A stretch of 64,000 nucleotides of DNA from contig CAWDPO010000046.1 of assembly GCA_963804165.1 (NCBI GenBank), forward strand, positions 96,001-160,000, given 5' to 3'. The position numbers and the translations under genes were made by a program. Under the pieces are notes generated by a model, which made no database searches, was not told the DNA's origin, and saw only the letters and a list, made by a program, of their open reading frames with translations. Positions 50,480-58,869 of the stretch are shown here, piece after piece; positions within the stretch are counted from its first letter, which is position 1, and the number at the start of each line of letters is the position of its first letter. This stretch comes from an uncultured delta proteobacterium. GTDB lineage: Bacteria; Desulfobacterota; Binatia; UBA9968.

Positions 50480-51985
50480 TCACGGTTCTTCCAGCTTCTC
50501 AATAATCTCGTGACCGAGCCGGCGCCGAGTAAGCAGCGGGCTTAACAACATGAGCAACGCCGCGCCCATGAAGAATGCCGCGATCGGTCTTTGGAAAAAA
50601 ATCGCGACGTGTCCTTTGGACATGATCAGCGAACGCCGAATCGCCGTCTCCAAGAGCGGACCGATGACCAATCCCAATACCATCGGCGCGGGCTCATAGG
50701 CAAATTTCTTCATCAGGTAGCCGACGACGCCGAAGATGATCACAATCACGACGTCGCCGGTGTGGCCGGCGGCGGTATAGGCGCCGATGATGCTGAACAG
50801 AATAATCAATGGGAAAAGGAAAAAGTAGGGAACTTGGAGCACTCTGATCCACAGACCGATCAAGGGCAGATTGAGGATCAAAAGGAGAGTGTTGCCGATC
50901 GCCATGCTGCCGAGCAGGCCCCAAAAGATATCCGATGAATTTTTGATAAACAGCGGTCCGGGCGCCAAGCCGTGGATCAACAGCGCGCCAAAGATCAGCG
51001 ACGTCACCGAGCCGGTTGGCAAGCCCAGACTCAGCAGCGGGATCCAGCCGCTGCAGCTCGCCGCATTGTTGGCGGTCTCGGGCGCGGCCACTCCTTCGAT
51101 CGCACCGTGGCCGAATTTTTCCGGATGCTTGGAAATCTTTTTTTCGACCGCGTAGGCGGCAAAGGTGGCGATGACGACGTTGAGCCCGGGGATCGCGCCG
51201 ACCAAAAAACCAAGAAGAGTTCCGCGGGCGATGGGCATCGCGGAATCTTTCCAGTCTTGCAGCGTCGGCAGTAGTCCCTTGATCTTTTCTTGAAAGACTT
51301 CACCGGTTTGCGCGCGCAGATTGACCAACACCTCGGAAACTCCGAAGAGACCGATCACGACGGGAGTCAAGCCAACGCCGTCGCGCAGCACCAAAATGTC
51401 AAAGGTGAAGCGCGGCTGGCCGGTGACGGGATCGAGGCCGACACTGGCGAGAATGCTGCCGAAGAGGGCCATCAGCAGCGCTTTATCCATCGGGCCGTGC
51501 GCCAGATAGACGAGGGCGGTCAAACCGAACAGGAGCAGCGCGGCATACTCCGGCGGACCAAAGCGAAGCCCCAATTCCGCAAGGGGCGGCGCCAGGAACG
51601 CCACGCCGACGAGCCCAACCGTGCCGCCGATGAAGGAGCCGAAGGCAGCGATGCCGAGCGCCGGACCGGCGCGACCCTGACGAGCCATTGCGTAGCCGTC
51701 GAGACAGGTGACGACCGAAGAAGCTTCGCCCGGAATATTGACTAGAATCGAAGTTGTCGAGCCGCCGTATTGGGCGCCATAGGTAATGCCGAACAACATG
51801 ATCAGATACGCCAGCGGCGGCGCATGCAAAGCCAACGGCAAGAGTAATGCGATGGCGCCTGCGGGACCGAGTCCGGGAAGCACTCCGACCAAGGTGCCGA
51901 GTAGTACGCCGACGAATCCATATAATAGGTTGAGCGGGGAAGCGGCGGTAAGAATACCCTCAACTAACAACTGCAGCGTTTCCAT
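50480..51985 (-). CDS. tctA: Tripartite tricarboxylate transporter large permease
   Basis: GVLPGLG, YGGSTTSILVNIPG, APETANNA. Confidence 0.95.
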   Translation of the reverse strand: METLQLLVEGILTAASPLNLLYGFVGVLLGTLVGVLPGLGPAGAIALLLPLALHAPPLAYLIMLFGITYGAQYGGSTTSILVNIPGEASSVVTCLDGYAMARQGRAGPALGIAAFGSFIGGTVGLVGVAFLAPPLAELGLRFGPPEYAALLLFGLTALVYLAHGPMDKALLMALFGSILASVGLDPVTGQPRFTFDILVLRDGVGLTPVVIGLFGVSEVLVNLRAQTGEVFQEKIKGLLPTLQDWKDSAMPIARGTLLGFLVGAIPGLNVVIATFAAYAVEKKISKHPEKFGHGAIEGVAAPETANNAASCSGWIPLLSLGLPTGSVTSLIFGALLIHGLAPGPLFIKNSSDIFWGLLGSMAIGNTLLLILNLPLIGLWIRVLQVPYFFLFPLIILFSIIGAYTAAGHTGDVVIVIIFGVVGYLMKKFAYEPAPMVLGLVIGPLLETAIRRSLIMSKGHVAIFFQRPIAAFFMGAALLMLLSPLLTRRRLGHEIIEKLEEP

Positions 51986-51995
51986 TGGTCGCGTA

Positions 51996-52454
51996 TCAGA
52001 TGAGCCAGCTCAGCAAGCCTCTCGGCAACTCGGCTCTTAGGAGCACGTCAAAAAAGAAATGGGACGCTAGCGTTACCGCGGCCGCGAAACATAGAGTTAC
52101 GGGCCAACGGCGCGCAGCGATGACTTTTAAATAGAAAGTGACAAGCAGAAACGTGCAGAAAAGAAATCCGAGAAGGTCGAGCAAAAACGCGTACGCTGTC
52201 ATCCCGGCGACAACGCAAAGAACGAGTCTCGCTTCGCCGGCAATGCCCGGTTCAGAATTCTTATCAGGCGAACTCTTTCGAATACTCATGATCAAGCGAA
52301 AGGCGGCAATCAATCCTATGCCGACCGTCGCGATGAACGGAAATAACCCCGGCCCTGGCCGGTTGGCCGTACTTAGACCAAGGCGATAGGATTCGATGGA
52401 CAAGTAGAACGAGAGCAGCAGCCAAAAGCTGCAGATGATGATTTCTCTTTTCAT
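51996..52454 (-). CDS. tctB: Tripartite tricarboxylate transporter small permease
   Basis: PGPGLFP, four TMs, LPRG. Confidence 0.9.
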   Translation of the reverse strand: MKREIIICSFWLLLSFYLSIESYRLGLSTANRPGPGLFPFIATVGIGLIAAFRLIMSIRKSSPDKNSEPGIAGEARLVLCVVAGMTAYAFLLDLLGFLFCTFLLVTFYLKVIAARRWPVTLCFAAAVTLASHFFFDVLLRAELPRGLLSWLI

Positions 52455-52563
52455 GACTGTATGGCAGATAACGAATCCTTGATTCTTCGAGTGTAACGCA
52501 TGTGCATCATTGGAGGGGGAGAATGAGAGGCAAATATTAAGCTGATATCCCGGTGCGTGTTCC

Positions 52564-54072
52564 TGTCAAGCCATCTCAAAATCTAACCGGAGCTAGGATT
52601 CGTTGAGTCATGTGAAAATCTAACCGAAGGTTGTGTTCGAATCTGTCGTTGTATTTCATATTTCTGACTCTTTAGTTTTTGGCTAAAGGTCCAGTCTCTC
52701 CATGCTGAGCCCGATCGATGAGATACAGAGCGAGTCTTTTGTGGGTCGAGTTGAGGGTTTGGCCGCAGTTCTCTTATCGGGGTTTTCTCCCGCGTAGCAC
52801 CATTTCGTTGGGCAGCTAAAGGGTAAAGAGAGTCGAGTTGCTGATCGATGCGACGTGACAGTTCAAAAGGGTCGGTATTTTGCACCAGGGATTTTAGCTC
52901 CTGGATCTGTGGGAGAGTTTTCTTTTGGGATTTGAGCACCCGCTCCACAGGAGTAGTGGGCTGATCGTAATGGCGCATCACCCGCGAGCCTTTACGGACT
53001 TTGCTTCGAAGCTTCATGGAAGGCTGGAACAGATTCTGAAAGATCCGAAGCTGCTCATAGAGCTGATTGATCCTCTTTAGGGCTTCTAAAGTGTCATAGC
53101 GCTCCCAGCCCAAGAGTTTGCGCACGTGGGTCCAGTTTTTCTGTTCCACATGCGCATTGTCATCTTTTTTGTAGGGGCGCGAGCGGGTGAACTGGACTCT
53201 AGAGGTTTTGGGTCTTTGCTGACAGAAGTTAAACAGGTGGGTATTGATGAACTCGCTGCCGTTGTCGGAGTCAATGCCGCGCAGTGCGAAAGGCAAGCGC
53301 TGCTCAATGGCCTTAAGGGCGGCGACGATCCCGAGCTGTCCTTTGCCCATGACGGCCTGTCGTTCTACCCAGCCGGTGGCGATGTCGACACAGTCCAGGG
53401 TGTAGAGGAACTCTCCGGCTGCCGAGGCACCTGAATGCGAGACCAGATCGATTTCCAGATAGCCCGGCAACGTCACGTCCCAATGGTCGGTTTTAATGGG
53501 AATCATCTGTTTAAGAAGCGAGCCCGGGCGAGTGGTGCCATAGAGGCGGTGTTTGACAGCGAACTTGTGAGAGCGCAACCGACGATCCATTTGACGGGCG
53601 CTGACCGCCAAGAGCTCTTTTTCCAATTCTCCGTTCACCTTAAAGTACTTCTTGATCCAGGGGAGCCACTGCGGCAGTGCCGCCTTCAGACGCTGGGAGC
53701 ACAGATATCCGGAGGCTTCCCAGACTTTGGCCAGCGTCGCAATGCTTGCCCTACTGTAGATCACCGAGCGCGGCGTCACACCTCTGCACACAGCGGCGTT
53801 GGGCAAAGGACGGCTTAAAAGCCAGATGGCGTACTTCCGGTTGTAACCGCACACCTTGCAGAACTCTTCCAACATCGCGGTCTTCTCTGTGCGCCTCCCT
53901 TGTCGGTAGCGCTTATGAATCGATCGCAAATACTCCCTCTTGGATTGTCGCGCCATACTGAATCCCTCCATCACTCCCCCTCCTTCTCCTCGCATCATGA
54001 GGCCAAGGAGGGTTAGATTTCCAAATGGCGCAACGAACCTTTACTCGGTTAGATTATACACGGCGCAATACG
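52564..54072 (-). mobile_element. Apparently intact ~1.5-kb insertion sequence with doubled sub-terminal repeats
   Basis: AATCTAACC at 52580 and 52617, inverted GGTTAGATT at 54011 and 54047; flanks GTGTTCC / GTGTTTC. Confidence 0.8.
52583..53956 (-). CDS. DDE (rve/integrase-core) transposase
   Basis: EIDLVSH (D), IDSDNGSEF (D), TRSRPYKKDDNAHVEQKN (E); start uncertain (53956-53998). Confidence 0.9.
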   Translation of the reverse strand: MARQSKREYLRSIHKRYRQGRRTEKTAMLEEFCKVCGYNRKYAIWLLSRPLPNAAVCRGVTPRSVIYSRASIATLAKVWEASGYLCSQRLKAALPQWLPWIKKYFKVNGELEKELLAVSARQMDRRLRSHKFAVKHRLYGTTRPGSLLKQMIPIKTDHWDVTLPGYLEIDLVSHSGASAAGEFLYTLDCVDIATGWVERQAVMGKGQLGIVAALKAIEQRLPFALRGIDSDNGSEFINTHLFNFCQQRPKTSRVQFTRSRPYKKDDNAHVEQKNWTHVRKLLGWERYDTLEALKRINQLYEQLRIFQNLFQPSMKLRSKVRKGSRVMRHYDQPTTPVERVLKSQKKTLPQIQELKSLVQNTDPFELSRRIDQQLDSLYPLAAQRNGATREKTPIRELRPNPQLDPQKTRSVSHRSGSAWRDWTFSQKLKSQKYEIQRQIRTQPSVRFSHDSTNPSSG

Positions 54073-54109
54073 GTGTTTCGCCGGCAGCAGGCACGGTGTG
54101 ATCGGCTTG

Positions 54110-55624
54110 TTAATATTCCTTGATGAATTCCGCGGCGCGCTCGCCGATCATCATGCTGGTGAGATTGGTATTGGCGTGGGCGACCGTCGGCATGATTGAC
54201 GCGTCGCCGATCCAGAGATTCTCCATGCCATGTACGCGCAAATGTTGGTCGACTACAGCCATGGGGTCAGATGCGGGCGCCATCTTACAGGTGCCGACGC
54301 CGTGAAAATAGCTGGTGTACGTGGAGCGCGCGAACTTGGTCCAATCTTCATCCGGACTCGGCGAAAATAACTCGCCACAGAATTTATCCATCGGTTCGGT
54401 GGCGGCGAGGCGTTGGACAAACTTCATCGCTGAGACCATCGCCTGAATGTCCTTTGGGTGCTCCAACATGCACGGGTCGATAATCGGCAAATCCGTCGGA
54501 TCGGAACTTTGCAGCGTCAAGCGGCCGCGATTGGTCTGCTCCAACAAGTGACAGGAGAAACCGATCATGTCGCCGATGCCGGAAACAGTGGTGATGTCGC
54601 GCAGGATGATGTGAAAATCGATATATTCGCGCGCCGGATCGCTTTTGAAATAGAGCTTTAACGTCGAGCGGCCGCGCGCGTCCGGCTTGTGGCCGCTCGT
54701 TTTCGCTCTGAGCGTCATCGTCACCACTGGATGATCTTGATAGTTTTCACCAACGCCTTCGAGCGCGTGCACGATCGGAATTCCATGGCGCTCGAGCTCA
54801 GCGCGCGGGCCGATGCCCGAGAGCATGAGAATCTGCGGCGAATGATAGACGCCGGCGCTGAGCACGATTTTGTCCGCGTTGGCTACATGCTCGCAGCTAT
54901 CTTTTAGATAGCGAACGCCTTCGACCTTCTTGTTGTGTACGATGAGTGATACAACCTGAGCGTCGCCAATGATCGTGAGATTCGATCGCGCTCGCGCCGG
55001 ACCGAGATACGCGACAGCGGAAGACTGTCGCTTGCCGTCTTTGATATTGCGTGCCGTTGGGGCGATGCCGTAGGGATTGGGCTCATTTTGATCGTCGAAG
55101 CGCGGCAACCCTAGTTTGTTCACCGCTTCCAAGAGGGCTTGTTCTTGGGCGCTAAGCTGTGCGTCGAAGACATGCTTGCGCTTTACATAGATCGGCCCCG
55201 AGTCGCCATGAATCGAACTACGCGGAAAATCTTGATCCGCTTCGATGCACTGCAAGACCGGCAGGACTTTCTCCCACGACCAAGCGGGATTGCCTTGAGC
55301 CGTCCAAGTATCGAGATCGGCCTTGATCGGGCGCGGGATCGACATCATGTTGACCGAGGAGCCACCGCCCATGATCCGTCCCGCCAAGGAGTAAAATTCG
55401 CTGGAGTCGTAGTTGCGCTTGGTCGGATACATGACGATATAGGGACTCTCCAGCAGCACGTTGGTGGCTTTCTCCGCATCGGCGACTGTTTCAGGAATCG
55501 GTTGCGGATCGGGTCCCGCTTCGAGCAATAAAACTTTTCGCGCCGGATCTTCGGAAAGGCGCGACGCGATCACGCAGCCCGCTGAACCGCCGCCGGCGAC
55601 AATAACGTCGTAATGATCAGACAT
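54110..55624 (-). CDS. GMC family oxidoreductase (choline dehydrogenase-like)
   Basis: GGGSAG, GGGSSVN, LMLSGIG, GENYQDHP, HGVGTCKM, DASIMP. Confidence 0.93.
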   Translation of the reverse strand: MSDHYDVIVAGGGSAGCVIASRLSEDPARKVLLLEAGPDPQPIPETVADAEKATNVLLESPYIVMYPTKRNYDSSEFYSLAGRIMGGGSSVNMMSIPRPIKADLDTWTAQGNPAWSWEKVLPVLQCIEADQDFPRSSIHGDSGPIYVKRKHVFDAQLSAQEQALLEAVNKLGLPRFDDQNEPNPYGIAPTARNIKDGKRQSSAVAYLGPARARSNLTIIGDAQVVSLIVHNKKVEGVRYLKDSCEHVANADKIVLSAGVYHSPQILMLSGIGPRAELERHGIPIVHALEGVGENYQDHPVVTMTLRAKTSGHKPDARGRSTLKLYFKSDPAREYIDFHIILRDITTVSGIGDMIGFSCHLLEQTNRGRLTLQSSDPTDLPIIDPCMLEHPKDIQAMVSAMKFVQRLAATEPMDKFCGELFSPSPDEDWTKFARSTYTSYFHGVGTCKMAPASDPMAVVDQHLRVHGMENLWIGDASIMPTVAHANTNLTSMMIGERAAEFIKEY

Positions 55625-55644
55625 TCTTCCTCAATAGGATACAA

Positions 55645-55784
55645 AACGTTCAAGCAGTTCAACCGCTGCGCGGAGCCTGTCCTGAGCGAAGTCGAAGGGT
55701 TCAATCCCCCACCTCCGTCCTCCCCCGCTCGCGGGGGAGGATTCAGGAGGGGGCTTCGACGACTTGAACGATTTGAACGTTGAA
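55645..55784. repeat. Nested palindromic repeat cluster
   Basis: GTTCAA arms around CCTGTCCTGAGCGAAGTCGAAGG and CCTCCCCCGCTCGCGGGGGAGG. Confidence 0.8.
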
Positions 55785-56741
55785 TTATAGCCATGCAATC
55801 CCCATCTGCTTTAGCCGCCGGCGATACTCCAGCGCGGGAGTATCCGGGCCGCGCAAATGCAGCTCCTCGGCGAGGTCGAGCGGTAATTCCTCAGGGCGCT
55901 GCGATTCGACGATTCTTTTGTCTTGTTCGAAGATCCGGCGATGTTGTGCATTCAATTGCTCGTCGGTCTTGACGTCACGATAGTTGCGTCCGGCGAGCCG
56001 ATAAAATTTGGTCTCGTGATTCGACACCGGTGTGCAAAGATAGATATTGGTATGGCGCTCGACGCTGTCCGGTTGGCGCCGTTGAATCGTCACCATGAAT
56101 GGCAGGATGACCGTATACAATTGTTTGGCGGCGCTGTTCGGACGAAATTTATTGACCGGGGTATCGATTTCATACTGGAAACCACCCTTGATCTCAGTGA
56201 GTGCGACCACCGGCGACTCGGCTTGATCCGGGTCGCCGAGGATGCCGGCATGAACCCAGGGAAAGTGGGAGAAGTCGGCGAGGTTCTCGATCATGCGCGC
56301 GGCATTGGCGCGCCACTGGCCTTCCGAAGTGTAGGGCGCCCAGTTAAAGCTCGGGTCGCCGAACTCAGACGGAAACTCCGGAATATCCTGGCGCGGCTCG
56401 TCGAGACAGACCCAAATCAAACCGTAGCGCTCTTGTACGCGATACGCCTTGGCGCGCGCCTTGGCCGGGATCTCGCGATCCGGCGGCAGCGACGGTATGC
56501 GCGTACACCTGCCGTCCGCGGCGTAGTTCCAACCGTGATAGCCACACGCAAGCTGATCGCCATTCACCCAACCGAGTGAAAGCGCCGCGCCGCGATGAAT
56601 GCAGAGATCGTAAAATGCCGACACATTTCCATTGGCGCGCCAAATCACTAACGGCTGATCGAGTAGCTTGACAGCGACAGGTTTATCGGTGACTTCTTTG
56701 GACCATAAAACGGGATACCAGTATTGCCAAAGGCCGTTCAT
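55785..56741 (-). CDS. Rieske non-heme iron oxygenase, VanA-like alpha subunit
   Basis: CIHRG...CGYHGW Rieske motif; ENLADFSHFPWVH; FEQD; start 56741. Confidence 0.92.
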   Translation of the reverse strand: MNGLWQYWYPVLWSKEVTDKPVAVKLLDQPLVIWRANGNVSAFYDLCIHRGAALSLGWVNGDQLACGYHGWNYAADGRCTRIPSLPPDREIPAKARAKAYRVQERYGLIWVCLDEPRQDIPEFPSEFGDPSFNWAPYTSEGQWRANAARMIENLADFSHFPWVHAGILGDPDQAESPVVALTEIKGGFQYEIDTPVNKFRPNSAAKQLYTVILPFMVTIQRRQPDSVERHTNIYLCTPVSNHETKFYRLAGRNYRDVKTDEQLNAQHRRIFEQDKRIVESQRPEELPLDLAEELHLRGPDTPALEYRRRLKQMGIAWL

Positions 56742-56931
56742 TCCATTCTCCTTACTAATCGGAAAACCGCCACGCGAGATCGTCAACGACTCGTACCGCG
56801 ATGAATTCACGGTTCAACGTGTTTTAACAGAGAGCTTCCGCGTCTTGTCAAGTCCCGCGACATGCCGGCCTTCTACAAATACTGAGCCTGGCGCCTCATA
56901 CCGACAGCACGCAAATCACGACTATGTCATG

Positions 56932-57957
56932 TTACCGCCCAAGGCGCGCAAAAAAACCTTCCGCTTCCATCTCCTTGAGGAGTGAAGTATCGAAAAACTC
57001 GGACGGTCTCACTGAGGCAAGCTTGTCGCGCAGCTCCGGAGTGGTCGAGGCCAGCAGCCCAAGATCGAATTTAATGGTTTCTTCCTCCGGGTAGGGCTTT
57101 ATCGCGAGGCGCTCCAGAACGGAAGTTCGATAAACGATTTCCAGAAGTTTCGCCTCGTGAACTTTCATGTGCTTCCGGTAAGTCTGAAAGGTAAGGTCTC
57201 TGTTTTGTTTTGCCGTCCAGATGGCCTCGCAAAATGTCATAAGGAAAGCTTTCGCCTGCCGGCGCTGCGTTTCCAGATAACGGCGCGTCGTGGCCAGCAC
57301 GCTGCCGCTGGTATGAATTCCCATAGCCAAGAGGTCGGCGAGCGCGTTCAATTTCTGGCCTCTCGACTCAAAATTGGCAATGCTATCCGGACTTGCGAGG
57401 GTCGCATCCATTTTGCCCTGCAGCATAGAGAAGACTCTTCTATCCGACTCGCTGAGTCCCGTAGGTAAAATGGTGACGTCCTTTCCGGGAACGAGATCGA
57501 CCTTTGCGAGGAACCTGCGCAGCGCGAAATCGGAACCGGAGCCCGGCCGGCTTGTGCCGATGGTCTTGCCTTTGAGATCGTGCAGAGTTTTCACGGCAGG
57601 CAAAGCAACCAGCTTATACGGCGTAGGGCCGAAAGTTGCGACGATCACCACAGGGGCGCCGCGCACGGCTGCGGATATGGCAGAGGAGCTGGAGGCGGCA
57701 GCGATCTGAATGTCTCCGGAGATCAGGGCGTTGATGGAAACGAAGCCGGATGAAATGTTGACCAGCGTTACTTCAAGGCCATGCTTCTCGAATAGTCGGA
57801 GATCCTGAGCGATCCAAAGCGGCGCCATATTACCCGTAATCGATGGGTAAGAAGCGATCAAACGTTCCGGTTTACCATCAGCTCCATACGTCCAAGTGGC
57901 CAAAAAGTTCAAAACGCACAGCACGCAGCTCAAAATTGTTTTAGCGGGATGTTTCAT
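56932..57957 (-). CDS. SsuA/NMT1-like substrate-binding protein
   Basis: Signal peptide; LFEKHGLEV; DLKGKTIGTSRPGS. Confidence 0.88.
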   Translation of the reverse strand: MKHPAKTILSCVLCVLNFLATWTYGADGKPERLIASYPSITGNMAPLWIAQDLRLFEKHGLEVTLVNISSGFVSINALISGDIQIAAASSSSAISAAVRGAPVVIVATFGPTPYKLVALPAVKTLHDLKGKTIGTSRPGSGSDFALRRFLAKVDLVPGKDVTILPTGLSESDRRVFSMLQGKMDATLASPDSIANFESRGQKLNALADLLAMGIHTSGSVLATTRRYLETQRRQAKAFLMTFCEAIWTAKQNRDLTFQTYRKHMKVHEAKLLEIVYRTSVLERLAIKPYPEEETIKFDLGLLASTTPELRDKLASVRPSEFFDTSLLKEMEAEGFFARLGR

Positions 57958-57959
57958 GG

Positions 57960-58859
57960 TCAGATGAGGCTATCATCAACGCAAGCCGAAACATCGAGGG
58001 GCTTAAAGCCCGAGTATTTTTCCTGAAGCTCTTCAATGTTGCTCCGGATCGCACGCTTGTCCGGCGCGGGCTTTTCCGGCGGCGGAAGACGGTTCAATTC
58101 GTCTGCCTTACTTTTCGCTGCCTCCAGATGAGTCAAGCCAAGGTGTTTACGGAAAGCTTCTTGGACTAAATCGCTGCGGCGCCTCGCCATGGCCAATGCG
58201 TCTTCCAAGGCACGCATGAGGCGCCGCAGAATTTCTCTATGCGTTCCGATGTAGGGACGGGCGGCCGCGATATCGGAACCACTGACGTAAATTCCGAGTT
58301 CAGTCAATTCGACCAGTTTCTTGATGCGGATTGCTTCAGCGGCTTCCAGCTCGGGAAAGTCTGGGTAATGCTCCATTCCCCCCATGACCGCTTCGACTTC
58401 CCCTCGGGAGAGAGCTTTGAGACGGTCCGCGGAATTGTTGAACCCTGTGTAGACAATTTCCAGATCTTTTTCCGGCTCGAGTCCGAGCCGCTTCAGCGCC
58501 CGGCGGGCGATTCTATCTTGGCTTGCACCGGGCGTGCTCACTCCAAAGCGCCTGCCTCTTAAATCTTGAGCCTTCTCTACGCGGTTGATTGTGAAGATGG
58601 CGAATTTCGCCGGTCCGAGGCTGCCGATCACCGCGAGCGGTTTGTTCTCCATCGCTATCGCTTCCACAACCGGACCTGAATTGCCGACCAGGACATCCAG
58701 CTCTCCGCTAAGCAGCTTTGGCGTCCCGAGTTTGACCGGGCTGATGCGTTCGAGCGAAACGTCGAGGCCGTGGTTTCGGTAAAGCCCCTCCTCTTGGGCA
58801 AGAAACAGGACGATTTTCGGGCCTTCGGCGTTGTCGTAGCCAAGCCGGATCGTATCCAT
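57960..58859 (-). CDS. SsuA/NMT1-like binding-fold protein lacking a signal peptide
   Basis: GLYRNHGLDV, DLRGRRFGVSTPG; GGAG RBS right after the upstream stop. Confidence 0.8.
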   Translation of the reverse strand: MDTIRLGYDNAEGPKIVLFLAQEEGLYRNHGLDVSLERISPVKLGTPKLLSGELDVLVGNSGPVVEAIAMENKPLAVIGSLGPAKFAIFTINRVEKAQDLRGRRFGVSTPGASQDRIARRALKRLGLEPEKDLEIVYTGFNNSADRLKALSRGEVEAVMGGMEHYPDFPELEAAEAIRIKKLVELTELGIYVSGSDIAAARPYIGTHREILRRLMRALEDALAMARRRSDLVQEAFRKHLGLTHLEAAKSKADELNRLPPPEKPAPDKRAIRSNIEELQEKYSGFKPLDVSACVDDSLI

Positions 58860-58869
58860 CGCAGTTCTC

